Position numbers and translations under genes: made by a program
Part shown: in pieces, positions 24,234-33,836 of the stretch
How the letters are laid out: each line of letters begins with the position of its first letter
Numbering within the stretch: the first letter of the stretch is position 1
Source: Deltaproteobacteria bacterium
GTDB lineage: Bacteria > Myxococcota > JACRCW01
DNA: 35,921 nt
NCBI GenBank assembly: GCA_016218805.1
Contig: JACRCW010000170.1
Location: 1-35,921, forward strand
Direction: 5' to 3'
The notes under the pieces: model-generated
What the model was told of the DNA's origin: nothing
Seen by the model: only the letters and a program-made list of their open reading frames with translations
The model's database searches: none

Positions 24234-26996
24234 CTAGATGCGCGCGCGGACCCCAAAGACAATCTGCCGGGGTGCTCCCGGCTGGATGCCCTGGGGTGCG
24301 CGGCTCGCGATGTAGCGCTCGTCGGCCAGGTTCTTGCCGGCGACGGAGAAGGTGAGACCCGGCGCCAGCGTCCACGCGATGCGCGCGTCGACGAGCAGGC
24401 GCCGCCCGATGACGCCGACGGTACCGTCCGCACTGGGCAGCTTGGTGGCGGCGTTGTCTGTGAACTGCGGCGACACATACGACAACGACACGTCCCCATC
24501 GAACCCCAACGGATGGGAGAAGCCGACGGAGGCGCCCGCGGAGTGCTGCGGGGCGTAGGGCAGCAGCTTGCCGGCGAACATGCCGCCGACCCACCGCGCG
24601 TCCACGTACGTGTACGTGAGCGTGTACGGCACGCGGAACGACCGGCCGGAAAGCGCAGCGAGGTCAAACTGCACCATGGCCTCCACCCCGGTGTGGCGTG
24701 TGCGCCCGCCGTTGATGAGCCGCGGCCCGGTGTCACCGGGCAGCCGCGCGGTGGCGCCGCCGGCTTCCGACGGGGGCACGACCTGGTTCTGATAGTCCAG
24801 GTGGAACGCGGCCACCTCGGCCTGCAACCAGTCACCCACGGCCAGCCGGCTGCCGGCCTCCATGTTCCAGGACCGCTCGGCTTCCAGGCGCAGGTTCTCA
24901 CCGGACGGGGTGATGGCGTCCTTGGTCCGCGGCGGTGCAAACCCGCGGTGGATACCCGCAAAGAACATCAGCCCGTCCCACAGCAGGTAGGAAACGCCCA
25001 GGCCCGGGATGACGGCAAACACCGGTGAGTGTTCGAGGTTGTTGACGTCCGCAGCGACGAGGCCGCCCGCGCTGGGAACGCGCGTGCGCAGCGTGTGCCG
25101 GTCAGCCAGGAGGTTCTCCAGCCGCAGGCCCGGCGTGATGCGCAGCGTGTCAAACAGCGTGAAGCGGTACTGCCCGTAGAGGGCGAGCGCCAGGCCGGAG
25201 CGGATTTCGTCTTCGGTGAGCGCGCCGGAGGCGGCGGCGGCCGTGGCGCCATCCAGGCGCTGCTCCTCGGCCCGTTCGAAATGCAGGCGTGCGCCGGCGA
25301 TGAGCTGGTGCTCCGTGAACCACCACCGCTTCTCAAACACGAACCGCGGTTCCACGCCGCCGACGGTGAAGCGGCGGTTGCGGTGCACGTTGGAGTCGCG
25401 GAACCACAGCGTGTCGCCGGGCCGGGCCGGTTCACCCGGAGCGCCGGTGACCACGCGCTCGTAGCGCAGGCCAACGTCCTGGCGGTCGAATTCCTGGCGC
25501 CGCCAGTTGCGCTGGATGACGAAGGCGTAGGCGATGGTCTGCAGCCGCAGCGAGGGGATGAGGAGGACTTCGTGGTTCACCTGGGCGGCCGCGCGGCGCA
25601 CCCAGAAGCGGTCATGCCGCGCGAAGTTGTCCGACGGGTCATGCCGGTACTGCGCCGTGGTGAGTCCCAGGTAGGTGGAGTTGGAGTACTCGTCATACGC
25701 GCCCACCTTGAGGGTGAGTTGGTGCCCGGGCGCCGGCAGCAGCCGCACCTTGCCGGTGACATCCACCATCTGCAGGCCCAGCGCGCGCGGGCCGTCAAAG
25801 CGGCGGTGCACAACGTCCAGCCGCCAGCCGGCCGGCCCCAATGTGTCCCCGGCGGAGAAGTGGCCCATCCAGTAGCCGAACGTGCCCGCGCGCACGTCCG
25901 TGGTGACGGTGAGGCGGCGGGGCGGGTCTGCGCTGAGATAGTTGAGCACGCCGCCAATGGTCTGGGGTCCCTGCAGGATGGAATCGGAGCCCTTGGCGAC
26001 GTCGATGCGGCGCATCCGTTCGATGGCCGGTGCGTAGTACAGCTCCGGCTCGCCGTAGGGCTGCAGGGCGATGGGCGCGCCGTCCTCCAGGACCAGCACC
26101 TTGCGGCTGCGGTTGGGATCAGTGCCGCGGAAGCCCACGTTGGGCCGCAGGCCGATACCCTCCTCGTCGACAACGTTGACACCGGGGACGCTCCGCAGGA
26201 CCTCGTTGGCGCTTTGCGGAGCGGCCCGCAGCAGCTTCTGCTCGTCCACGCTGGACACGGAGCCTGCCACCATGGAGACGCGCGCCGCGCGGCGGAGCCG
26301 GTCGCGCACCACGGTCTCAAACGCACCGCTGCCCAGGCGCCGCAGCGGGTAGGTCCCGGACAGTGTTTCCCCCGCGCGGAACTCCTCCACAATGGAGAAC
26401 TGTTCATACGTGGTGGCGGTGAGGCCCACCACGCGGGCGCCCGGCGGCACGCCCTCCAGCGCAAAGCGGCCGTCCGCGTCCGTGGTGGTGATGAGCGCCT
26501 CGCCGTCGTTCGCCTGGACGTAGACCTCCACGTCCGGGATGCCGTGGCCAAGCGCGTCGTCCACGATGCGACCGGTGAAGGCCGCGGGGAGGGCGGGCGG
26601 GGTGCTGTGCGGGGGGGCGCTGGCGGTGACGGCGGGGAGCGGCGCCGCGGGCGGCCGCCCGCCAAACGTGTAGCGGTATTCCAGCTGGACTGCGGCGGGC
26701 GCTCCGTCCACCTCGGCGGGTTCAAACACCAACGCGCATGCGGCCCCCATGGCGATCCAGTCCAGCGCCTCGCCGGCGCTGTTGACGACGTCGACGCGCA
26801 CCACGTCGCCGGCCTGGTCCACGGTCAGGCGCAGCGTCACGGTGGTGTCCTGCGCGGGCTGCAGCGTGGCGGGCAGGTCCACCACGGGCTGCGCGGTGAG
26901 CGCGGGCGGGCGCGTGAGCACGCCGTCCGCCGCCGCGGGTGCGGCGGCCAGGCCCAGCCCCGCCACCAGCCAGGCACTCCTGCCACGCGTGTGCAC
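24234..26996 (-). CDS. FecA-like TonB-dependent receptor with N-terminal TonB_C and carboxypeptidase-regulatory-like domains
   Basis: VTLRLTVDQAGDV...FEPAEVDG (TonB_C), TDADGRF (Ig-like), plug LRSVPGV...GFRG..PNRSRKVLVLEDGAPI..PY, and C-terminal KNLADERY...QPGAPRQIVFGVRARI. Confidence 0.92.
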   Translation of the reverse strand: MHTRGRSAWLVAGLGLAAAPAAADGVLTRPPALTAQPVVDLPATLQPAQDTTVTLRLTVDQAGDVVRVDVVNSAGEALDWIAMGAACALVFEPAEVDGAPAAVQLEYRYTFGGRPPAAPLPAVTASAPPHSTPPALPAAFTGRIVDDALGHGIPDVEVYVQANDGEALITTTDADGRFALEGVPPGARVVGLTATTYEQFSIVEEFRAGETLSGTYPLRRLGSGAFETVVRDRLRRAARVSMVAGSVSSVDEQKLLRAAPQSANEVLRSVPGVNVVDEEGIGLRPNVGFRGTDPNRSRKVLVLEDGAPIALQPYGEPELYYAPAIERMRRIDVAKGSDSILQGPQTIGGVLNYLSADPPRRLTVTTDVRAGTFGYWMGHFSAGDTLGPAGWRLDVVHRRFDGPRALGLQMVDVTGKVRLLPAPGHQLTLKVGAYDEYSNSTYLGLTTAQYRHDPSDNFARHDRFWVRRAAAQVNHEVLLIPSLRLQTIAYAFVIQRNWRRQEFDRQDVGLRYERVVTGAPGEPARPGDTLWFRDSNVHRNRRFTVGGVEPRFVFEKRWWFTEHQLIAGARLHFERAEEQRLDGATAAAASGALTEDEIRSGLALALYGQYRFTLFDTLRITPGLRLENLLADRHTLRTRVPSAGGLVAADVNNLEHSPVFAVIPGLGVSYLLWDGLMFFAGIHRGFAPPRTKDAITPSGENLRLEAERSWNMEAGSRLAVGDWLQAEVAAFHLDYQNQVVPPSEAGGATARLPGDTGPRLINGGRTRHTGVEAMVQFDLAALSGRSFRVPYTLTYTYVDARWVGGMFAGKLLPYAPQHSAGASVGFSHPLGFDGDVSLSYVSPQFTDNAATKLPSADGTVGVIGRRLLVDARIAWTLAPGLTFSVAGKNLADERYIASRAPQGIQPGAPRQIVFGVRARI

Positions 26997-27055
26997 CCTG
27001 CCTCCGCCGCGGACCCGCCGCTTGTGGACCCGTATTCACCGTGCTAGCCGATTTT

Positions 27056-27074
27056 GAAAATGAAAGTCAATATC
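27056..27074. promoter_or_regulatory. Fur box
   Basis: GAAAATGAAAGTCAATATC matches 15 of 19 positions of GATAATGATAATCATTATC. It is an AT island about 60 nt upstream of the TonB-dependent receptor. Confidence 0.85.
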
Positions 27075-28388
27075 AATTGGGCGGAGGCGGGCAAGCGGCG
27101 GGCGCGCGTGGTGGGCGCGGGCATGACGGGGCTGTGTGCGGCCGCCATGCTGGGCGAGCGCGGCTGGCGCGTGGAGGTACTGGAGGCGGCGGACGGTGCC
27201 GGGGGGCTGCTGCGGCCGGTGCCGTTCCATGGTGTGGCGTGTGACCGCGGGTCCCACCGGGTGCACGCGGAGGCGTATGCATGGTTGCGGGACGCGGCGG
27301 GCGTGCGCTGGGTCAGCCGGCCGCGGCGCGGGATGATGGTGCTGGGTGGGCGCCACGTGCCCTACCCGCTGGCGCCGTGGTCGTTTGCGCGGGGGGTGGG
27401 GGCGCGGGCCACGGTGGAGATGGCGGCGGGGTTCCTGCTGCGGCCCGGGATGCTGGCGGCGTTCCGCCGCTGGGAGTCCGCGCGGCCGGCGGACGGCGCG
27501 GACGAAGGCTTTGAGGCGTTTGTGCGCGGCCGCGCGGGAACGCGCGCGTACGAGGCGTTCTACCGGCCGTACGCGGAGAAGGTGTGGGGTGTGCCGCCCG
27601 CGGAGCTGTCACGCAGCGTGGCCAAGCAGCGCGTGTCCACGGCGGCACCCCTGCGCGGGTGGACGGCGGCGCGCCGGCCGCAGAGTTTCCTGTACCCCGC
27701 GGGGGGCATGGCCGCGCTGCTGGATGCCCTGGTGCGGCGCGCGGCGCAGGCCGGCGTGGAGGTCCGCTACGGTGCGCGCTTCACGGCGGCGGACGTGGAC
27801 CCGCGCGTGCCCACGCTGTTCACGGGCGGCCTGGGCGCGCTGACTGGCCAGGTGGGCCTGGAGCACCGCGGGCTGCACCTGGTGTTCCTGGCGCTGGACA
27901 CGGCGCGCGTGTCGGCCGTGGACACCTGGTACCTCCCCGGGACCGAGTGGACGATGGGCCGCGTGTCTGAGGTGGGGAACTTTGGCACCGAGCGCCGCGG
28001 GCGGGCGCGTGCGGTGCTGTGCGTGGAGGTCCCGCAGGGCCGCGGGGACCCGGCGCGGGTGCCCCACGTGGACGACGTGACGGCGCAGCTGCGCCGGGCG
28101 GGGATCCTGCCGGCGCGCTGCCGCGTGCTGGACCACCACCACGTGTGGGTGGACGGCGTCTACCCGCTGCACCGGCGCGGGTGGCGGCGGGAGCTGGCGT
28201 CCGCGCTGGAGCACGCGGCCGGACTGGGCGTGCTGCCGCTGGGCCGGCAGGGGCTGTTCCTCCACTGCAACCTGGACCACTGCGCCCGCATGGCGCGCGC
28301 AGCGGTGGAACACCTGGATGGCGGCGGAGACGCGCGGGGTTGGCTGGCGCTGGTTCCCGGGTTCCTGGACGCGCGCGTGCGTGACTAG
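27060..28388 (+). CDS. FAD-dependent oxidoreductase (HemY/UDP-galactopyranose mutase-like superfamily)
   Basis: RVVGAGMTGLCAA...VLEA...GGL, DRGSHR, FYRPYAEKVWG, FLYPAGG and GRQGLF.H.NLDH motifs. Start uncertain (ATG 27060 or GTG 27108). Confidence 0.8.
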   Translation: MKVNINWAEAGKRRARVVGAGMTGLCAAAMLGERGWRVEVLEAADGAGGLLRPVPFHGVACDRGSHRVHAEAYAWLRDAAGVRWVSRPRRGMMVLGGRHVPYPLAPWSFARGVGARATVEMAAGFLLRPGMLAAFRRWESARPADGADEGFEAFVRGRAGTRAYEAFYRPYAEKVWGVPPAELSRSVAKQRVSTAAPLRGWTAARRPQSFLYPAGGMAALLDALVRRAAQAGVEVRYGARFTAADVDPRVPTLFTGGLGALTGQVGLEHRGLHLVFLALDTARVSAVDTWYLPGTEWTMGRVSEVGNFGTERRGRARAVLCVEVPQGRGDPARVPHVDDVTAQLRRAGILPARCRVLDHHHVWVDGVYPLHRRGWRRELASALEHAAGLGVLPLGRQGLFLHCNLDHCARMARAAVEHLDGGGDARGWLALVPGFLDARVRD

Positions 28389-30664
28389 GCCACCATCTCC
28401 TGCACCAGCCGGCGCAACGCGGCACGTTCAAATGGCTTCTCCAGGCGCCGCGCCCGCGTCCGCTCAAACAGGTCCCGCGCCTGCGGCGTGAACGCCCCGC
28501 CGGTGACAAACACCACGCGCTCCGCCAGCGCGGGGTACTCCTCCTGCAGCAGCGCGTGGAACTCCATGCCGGTGATGTCCGGCATCATCAGGTCACACAG
28601 GATGACGTCAAACGTCTCACCGCGCCGCAGGCAGTCCAGCGCCGCGCGCGCGCTGGTCAGCGCCACCACGTCGTGCTCGCGGCCCAGCATGCGTCCCACG
28701 GCCAGGCCCACCTTTTCCTCGTCATCCACCACCAGCACGCGTGCGCGGGTGACCGGAGCGGCGGGCACTGCCAGCGCGGCGGTCTGCGCGGTGGGCGCCG
28801 GTGCGGCGGGGAGGGTGACGCGGAAGGTGGTGCCCTGCCCCACCTCGGTGGTGAACCGGATGTCTCCGCCCAGCTCGCGCACAATGCCCTGGCAGATGGA
28901 CAGGCCCAGCCCGGTACCCTGGCCCGGGGGCTTGGTGGTGAAGAACGGGTCAAACACGCGGTCACGCAACTCAGCGGGGATGCCCGTGCCGGTGTCCTCC
29001 ACCTCGACAATGGCCGCCCCGTCGGGCGCGGTGAAGGTGCGGACGCGGACCTCGTTCTCCCCTGCGCGGCCTTCCGGGATGGCGTGCGCGGCGTTGACCA
29101 GCAGGTTGAGGAACACCTGCCCCAGGCGCGAGTCATTGGCGCGCACGGTGGGCGTGGGCTGCAGGTCCTTCACCAGGCGCGCGCGGTGGCGGATCTCCGT
29201 GAACGCCATGTTGATGGAGGACTCCAGGATGGGCGCCAGTTGGAGCGGCTCCAGCCGGTCCTCGTGTCCCCGGGAGAAGGTGCGCAGGTCCCGGACAATG
29301 TTGCGGACGCGGCCGGCGCCCTCCAGCGCCTCAGACAGCGCGGTCCGCAGGTTGTCCACCTGGCGCACCTGTTCGCCAATCTCCGCCGCCGCGGCGGCGT
29401 CCGCTGTGCGCCCCTGCAGGGCCTCCAGGAACGCGGCCACCGCCTGCAGTTCCGCGGCGGCGTGGTCCACGTTGGCAATGACGAATTGCATGGGATTGTT
29501 GATTTCATGCGCCACGCCCGCGGCCAGCGTGCCGACGGCAACCATGCGGTCCATCCGCATCATCTCCGCGGTGAGCGAACGGCGCTGGGTGACGTCCACG
29601 CCCATGGAAACCAGCGCCGGCCCGCCGTGGAACACAATGGGCACCACGGCCATGTCCAGGTGGGCCCAGTCCCCATCACGCCGGCGGATGCGCACCTCAT
29701 GCGGGGGGGCGGCCTGCGCGGTGGCCAGCACGGCGCGCAAGCGCTCTTCCGCGGCGGCGCGGTCATCCGGGTGGAACAACTCCGAGGACTGCGCACCCAG
29801 CAGGTCCTCGCGCCGGTCATGGCCCAGCGCGCGGACGGCGGCGTCGTTGGCGTAGATGATGATGCCGTCGCGGTGGACCAGCGTGGCAATGGGCGAGCGC
29901 TCGATGAGGACGCGGAAGCTCTCCTCGGACTGGGCCTGGGACGCCTCCGTGCGGCGCAACAGCTGGCCGTAGCGGCGCACGTCCACGGCCACCAGGCTCA
30001 GCGCCACCAGGCAGAAGCCGTACTCCAGGAAGAACACCGGCGTGGACGGCAGGATGCCAGTGCTCAACAGCGTGTCCCACGTGGCCGCCGCCAGCCAGCC
30101 GGCCAACGCGGTGCCGTGGAGGATGCGCTCGTCACGCTCGCGCGCGCTCCACGCCGTGCGTGCGGTGGCCACCCCGGCCAGCAGCAGCAGCACCGCGAGG
30201 AACGGGCCGGTCAGGACGGCCGGCCGCATCTGTGGGAACGGATGCCCCAGCCACCACACGTCAATGAAAAAGGGCTGCGTGGATACCACCAGGTCCGTTC
30301 CCACGACGAGGAACAGCGCCACGGCGGCCAGCACGCCCGCCACGGCCGGGGGAACCGGGAGCGCGCGGCCCGTGGCGGCCGCGGCGAACCCCGTCAGGGC
30401 CGAGGCAATGACGAGCAGCGCCACGAACTCAACGCGCTGCACGGCGGGAACCTGGGCCGGGTCCGTCAGCGTGTACTGGACGGCCGCGGCCCCGCTGTAC
30501 GCAGCACACCCCAACGCCACCAGCGCGGCCCACAGATGGAAGCGCTGCGCCCGGCGTTGGAGGAGGAGCCAGCCCTCGTAGACGGCCGTGACCAGCGCAA
30601 TGAGCGTGATGGCAAGGTCACCGGCGGTGAGGATGGGAAGCGTCATGGAATCCGCGTGCGTCAT
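28385..30664 (-). CDS. Hybrid sensor histidine kinase (7TM-like input, PAS, HisKA, HATPase, REC)
   Basis: AGVAHEINNP, LNLLVNAAHA, EDTGTGI, FDPFFTTK, GTGLGL and receiver VVDDE...CDLMMP...KPF. Confidence 0.93.
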   Translation of the reverse strand: MTHADSMTLPILTAGDLAITLIALVTAVYEGWLLLQRRAQRFHLWAALVALGCAAYSGAAAVQYTLTDPAQVPAVQRVEFVALLVIASALTGFAAAATGRALPVPPAVAGVLAAVALFLVVGTDLVVSTQPFFIDVWWLGHPFPQMRPAVLTGPFLAVLLLLAGVATARTAWSARERDERILHGTALAGWLAAATWDTLLSTGILPSTPVFFLEYGFCLVALSLVAVDVRRYGQLLRRTEASQAQSEESFRVLIERSPIATLVHRDGIIIYANDAAVRALGHDRREDLLGAQSSELFHPDDRAAAEERLRAVLATAQAAPPHEVRIRRRDGDWAHLDMAVVPIVFHGGPALVSMGVDVTQRRSLTAEMMRMDRMVAVGTLAAGVAHEINNPMQFVIANVDHAAAELQAVAAFLEALQGRTADAAAAAEIGEQVRQVDNLRTALSEALEGAGRVRNIVRDLRTFSRGHEDRLEPLQLAPILESSINMAFTEIRHRARLVKDLQPTPTVRANDSRLGQVFLNLLVNAAHAIPEGRAGENEVRVRTFTAPDGAAIVEVEDTGTGIPAELRDRVFDPFFTTKPPGQGTGLGLSICQGIVRELGGDIRFTTEVGQGTTFRVTLPAAPAPTAQTAALAVPAAPVTRARVLVVDDEEKVGLAVGRMLGREHDVVALTSARAALDCLRRGETFDVILCDLMMPDITGMEFHALLQEEYPALAERVVFVTGGAFTPQARDLFERTRARRLEKPFERAALRRLVQEMVA

Positions 30665-30696
30665 TGAAGCATGGCTGCGGGCAGGGGGAAAGCTGC

Positions 30697-31512
30697 TCAG
30701 CGGTCAACCTTGTCCAACGCGGCCGTCACGCGCCCGTAGCCGGTGTTGGCCTCGCCGCGCAGCGGGAGGCGCTGCTCGTCGTCGCTGACCCAGAAGGTAC
30801 CGTCCGCGCCGGAGATGGGCTTGCCATCACGGAACACGTGCGCATCCAGGCGCAGGGCGGGCCAGCTCCGCCCCGCCGCCCGCACCGCTTCCCGCCCGGT
30901 CACCTGCGCGCGCACCTCAAACTGCCGGTTGTTGGCAAACATGGGTGCGCCCACGGCGTCACCCACCTCCAACCGCTGGCCGCGGATCCAGAACAGCACC
31001 GCCAGCGGGTCCCACGGCCGTCCCTGCGTGGCCACCAGCTGCGTGCGCTCGTTGTCATTGCGGCGTTCCAGCGTGACCACGCGGTCATCAAAGAACGCCT
31101 CCTCACGGTAGCGGCGGAAACTGTTCTCCTGCTGCCAGAGCTGTGTGCGCACCGTCCGCGCCTCCGCGGCGGAGAACACGGACTGGAAGCGGTCCCGCAC
31201 GCGGAACACAAACCGCAGCAGCGCGGTGTTCTCCACGTCACCGGTGAACTCCAGCGTGCCGGCGGGGCCGGCGGCCACCGCAATGCGCGCGCGCGCGCCG
31301 ATGATGCCCAGGTAGCCAACGGAGAAGGTGAAGCGCTCGCCGGGCCGTGCCACCAGCGCGCGGGCTTCGGCTGAGGCGGGGGTGATACCCGGTGGCGTCA
31401 CGATGGGGTCTCCCGACGCAGGCACATCACTCCCGACGAGCGCGGCGCACGCGAGCCAGGCCGCGGCGCGCACGCGCGGAGTGCCTGGGAAAGACGTGGT
31501 GCCGTGCGGCAT
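30697..31512 (-). CDS. DUF3108-domain secreted protein
   Basis: PGERFTFSVGYLGI, FRVRDRFQS, DPLAVLFWIR and FWVSDDEQRLPLR...GRVTAAL. Start uncertain. Confidence 0.75.
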   Translation of the reverse strand: MPHGTTSFPGTPRVRAAAWLACAALVGSDVPASGDPIVTPPGITPASAEARALVARPGERFTFSVGYLGIIGARARIAVAAGPAGTLEFTGDVENTALLRFVFRVRDRFQSVFSAAEARTVRTQLWQQENSFRRYREEAFFDDRVVTLERRNDNERTQLVATQGRPWDPLAVLFWIRGQRLEVGDAVGAPMFANNRQFEVRAQVTGREAVRAAGRSWPALRLDAHVFRDGKPISGADGTFWVSDDEQRLPLRGEANTGYGRVTAALDKVDR

Positions 31513-31566
31513 GGATGTCCGGCAAGCTAGCGCGCGCGCGCGCCGGGTCACAACGGGGCCGCCGCG

Positions 31567-32433
31567 TCACCACGTGTCCTGGCAGGTCCCGGACCGGCAC
31601 TCCGGCGGGCCCTTCCACTGGCAGCACGCGCGCTTGGCGCACTTGATGTTGGCCACCACCCTGCGCACGGAGTCCGCCTTGCCGGCGTTGACCGTCCACC
31701 CGCAGTTGCACGGGTCTGGGACGCGCACGCAGCGGTCCGGTCCGCCGCAGCCGGCGGAGTTCTTCAGGATGATCACGTCGCCCGCGGTGAGTCCCGCGCC
31801 GCCGCGGATGCCCGCCATGCCGGCCACTTCGCGGCGTGCCTTCGCCTTGGCCTGCTCGTCGTCCCGGTCCGGGCAGGACGGGGGCGGGCCACTTCCCAGC
31901 GTGGCCTCCAGGATCTCCGCCGCCGGGTCCACAAAGACGCAGCGCCCGGCGCGGCATACCGCGGCGCCCTTGCCGGTGCCCCACGTGCAGCACGGGTCCG
32001 CGTCACACGTGAACTTGCCGCGCACGTCCCGCACCCACGCGTCCGCCTGCGCGGCGATGACGGCAAAGCCGCAGTTGCACGCCTCGTCAACGGAAAGGCA
32101 GGTGTCGCCCTCGCGGCACTGGCGCGCCTGGTCCATGAACGCAAGATCATCCGCAGTGAGGGCGCCGCCGCCGTGGAGTCCCTGCGCCACCGCGGGCGGT
32201 GGCGGCGTCAGTTGCCTGGCGGCGGCGGCAACGTCCGGGCAGTCCCCTTCAACCCGCGGCGGCCGTGCCAGGCCGGTGGAGGCCACCAGCAGGTTGGCCC
32301 GCGGGTCCTCCGCCGACTCGCCGCCTGGCAGCCAGCGCTTCACACCGGACGGCCCGGTGTCCTGGTCCTTGCACGCGGGCCCGGCAAGCGCGACGACGAC
32401 AAACAGCGGGCAGGCGCAGGCTCCACGGTGCAT
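31567..32433 (-). CDS. Cys-rich lipoprotein with two tandem internal repeats
   Basis: Hydrophobic signal ending AGPAC. Two modules C..D.C..V...CNCG..V.A..AD......C...CC.W....CR.G.C. Confidence 0.65.
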   Translation of the reverse strand: MHRGACACPLFVVVALAGPACKDQDTGPSGVKRWLPGGESAEDPRANLLVASTGLARPPRVEGDCPDVAAAARQLTPPPPAVAQGLHGGGALTADDLAFMDQARQCREGDTCLSVDEACNCGFAVIAAQADAWVRDVRGKFTCDADPCCTWGTGKGAAVCRAGRCVFVDPAAEILEATLGSGPPPSCPDRDDEQAKAKARREVAGMAGIRGGAGLTAGDVIILKNSAGCGGPDRCVRVPDPCNCGWTVNAGKADSVRRVVANIKCAKRACCQWKGPPECRSGTCQDTW

Positions 32434-32545
32434 GATCCACCTCCGCCCGGGAGCCGAACCCCAGCGCGTGTCGTCGTCAAGTACCGGTTGCGCGCGAAGC
32501 GTGGTCGCAGGGGCGTACGGGTCAGGCGCGTTTCCTGCGCGCCAC

Positions 32546-33787
32546 TCAATGGCACAACTGCGTGCGCGTCTCGGACGCACCGCTGTTGCAGTCCGGCGAG
32601 CAGGAGCACGAGGTGTCAAACGTGTACGACGTGCCGCATCCGACGCTTCCCCAGTTGATGGACCCCGTCAGGTTGCATCCGCCGGTGCCGCAGTCCCCGG
32701 AGCAGGTGGACGCGGTGGAGTCCGTGTACAGCTTCTCCAGACCGGATGAGCAGTTGTGGTCCGTGTTGTCGCCGTACCAGTCCCCGTTGCCCGGGTACAT
32801 GTCGGGGCGGTCGTCGTTGCAGTCGTCCGTGTTGGTGACCCGGCCCCCGCCGCACCCGCCGCAGTCCGTGCGGCCGGAGTCCGCGGGGTTGCCGTGGCCG
32901 TCACCGTCATTGTCCGCGTAGCAGGTCACCGCCGCGCCCACGCTGTTGCAGCCGCCGTTGCCGTCGCATTCGCGGCAGGTGCCACAGCCGGTGCCGTTGC
33001 CGTCATGCTGGCAGCCGCCGCTGCCGTTGCATTCACCGGACGAGCAGTTGGTGGCGGTGCACACGCCGTTGGGATCCGTTCCCGCCGCTACCACCTCGCA
33101 GCCGCCGCTGCCGTCGCAGGCGCCGGTGGCCGCGCACGCGTTGGGAGCGCAGTCACCGTGCGGATCGGCGCCGGCGCCCACGTCGTCACATGCACCCGCG
33201 GCGGAGCACACGGCGCACACGCCACAGCGCGTGCCGGCGGTGCGGAGCTGGCAGCCGCCCTGGCCGTCGCATTCGCCGGTGGTGCATGCGCCGGCGGCGC
33301 ACGCGCCCACCGGGTCCTGCCCGGCGGCAACACCCTGGCAGCCCACCGGAGGCGGGCCGGAACTGGAGCGCGGTGCCGCGGATGAGGATGGCGGGCCCGC
33401 GGAAGACGACGTCATGGCAGAGCCGGACAGCGGTCCTGACGAAGAGGCACCGGGACCGGAAACGGGGATGCTGGTGGCACCGCCGGAGGACCGGGACTGC
33501 GCCGTGGTGGCGGAGGACGATGCCGCAGATGACGACGCGGGCCGGGATGTGAGCGATCCCGACAAGCGGGAGCTGCCGGTGGCGGAGGAAGCGCCGGCGG
33601 ACGCGCTGGACGCTGCGGAGGCGCCGCCAGAGGAGGACGAGGACGCCAGGCCGTCGGGGGATTGGCACGTGCCATCCGGGGAACAGACGCGTCCTTCCAC
33701 GCAGTCGCCGTCCTCCGTGCACACCGCGGCGGGGAGACAGGCGGCGCAGGCGGCCAGAATGCATGGGAAGGCATGGAGTGGTCGCAT
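32546..33787 (-). CDS. Cys-rich surface lipoprotein with Ser-rich linker and MopE-related putative metal-binding motif
   Basis: LAAC lipobox, CTEDGDC..GRVC module, poly-Ser linker, three AG.DP.G.C...C...G.CDG.GGC repeats, and CYADNDGDGHG...DDCND...YPG. Confidence 0.75.
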   Translation of the reverse strand: MRPLHAFPCILAACAACLPAAVCTEDGDCVEGRVCSPDGTCQSPDGLASSSSSGGASAASSASAGASSATGSSRLSGSLTSRPASSSAASSSATTAQSRSSGGATSIPVSGPGASSSGPLSGSAMTSSSAGPPSSSAAPRSSSGPPPVGCQGVAAGQDPVGACAAGACTTGECDGQGGCQLRTAGTRCGVCAVCSAAGACDDVGAGADPHGDCAPNACAATGACDGSGGCEVVAAGTDPNGVCTATNCSSGECNGSGGCQHDGNGTGCGTCRECDGNGGCNSVGAAVTCYADNDGDGHGNPADSGRTDCGGCGGGRVTNTDDCNDDRPDMYPGNGDWYGDNTDHNCSSGLEKLYTDSTASTCSGDCGTGGCNLTGSINWGSVGCGTSYTFDTSCSCSPDCNSGASETRTQLCH

Positions 33788-33836
33788 CGTCGGGCGAACG
33801 ATGCCACGGCCGCGCGGCGGCGTCAGGTGCCTCGCG

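Noticed and set aside
28385..28388. Shared CTAG stop of convergent oxidoreductase and kinase genes
   Set aside because: A real 4-nt overlap, but a common arrangement with no special implication.
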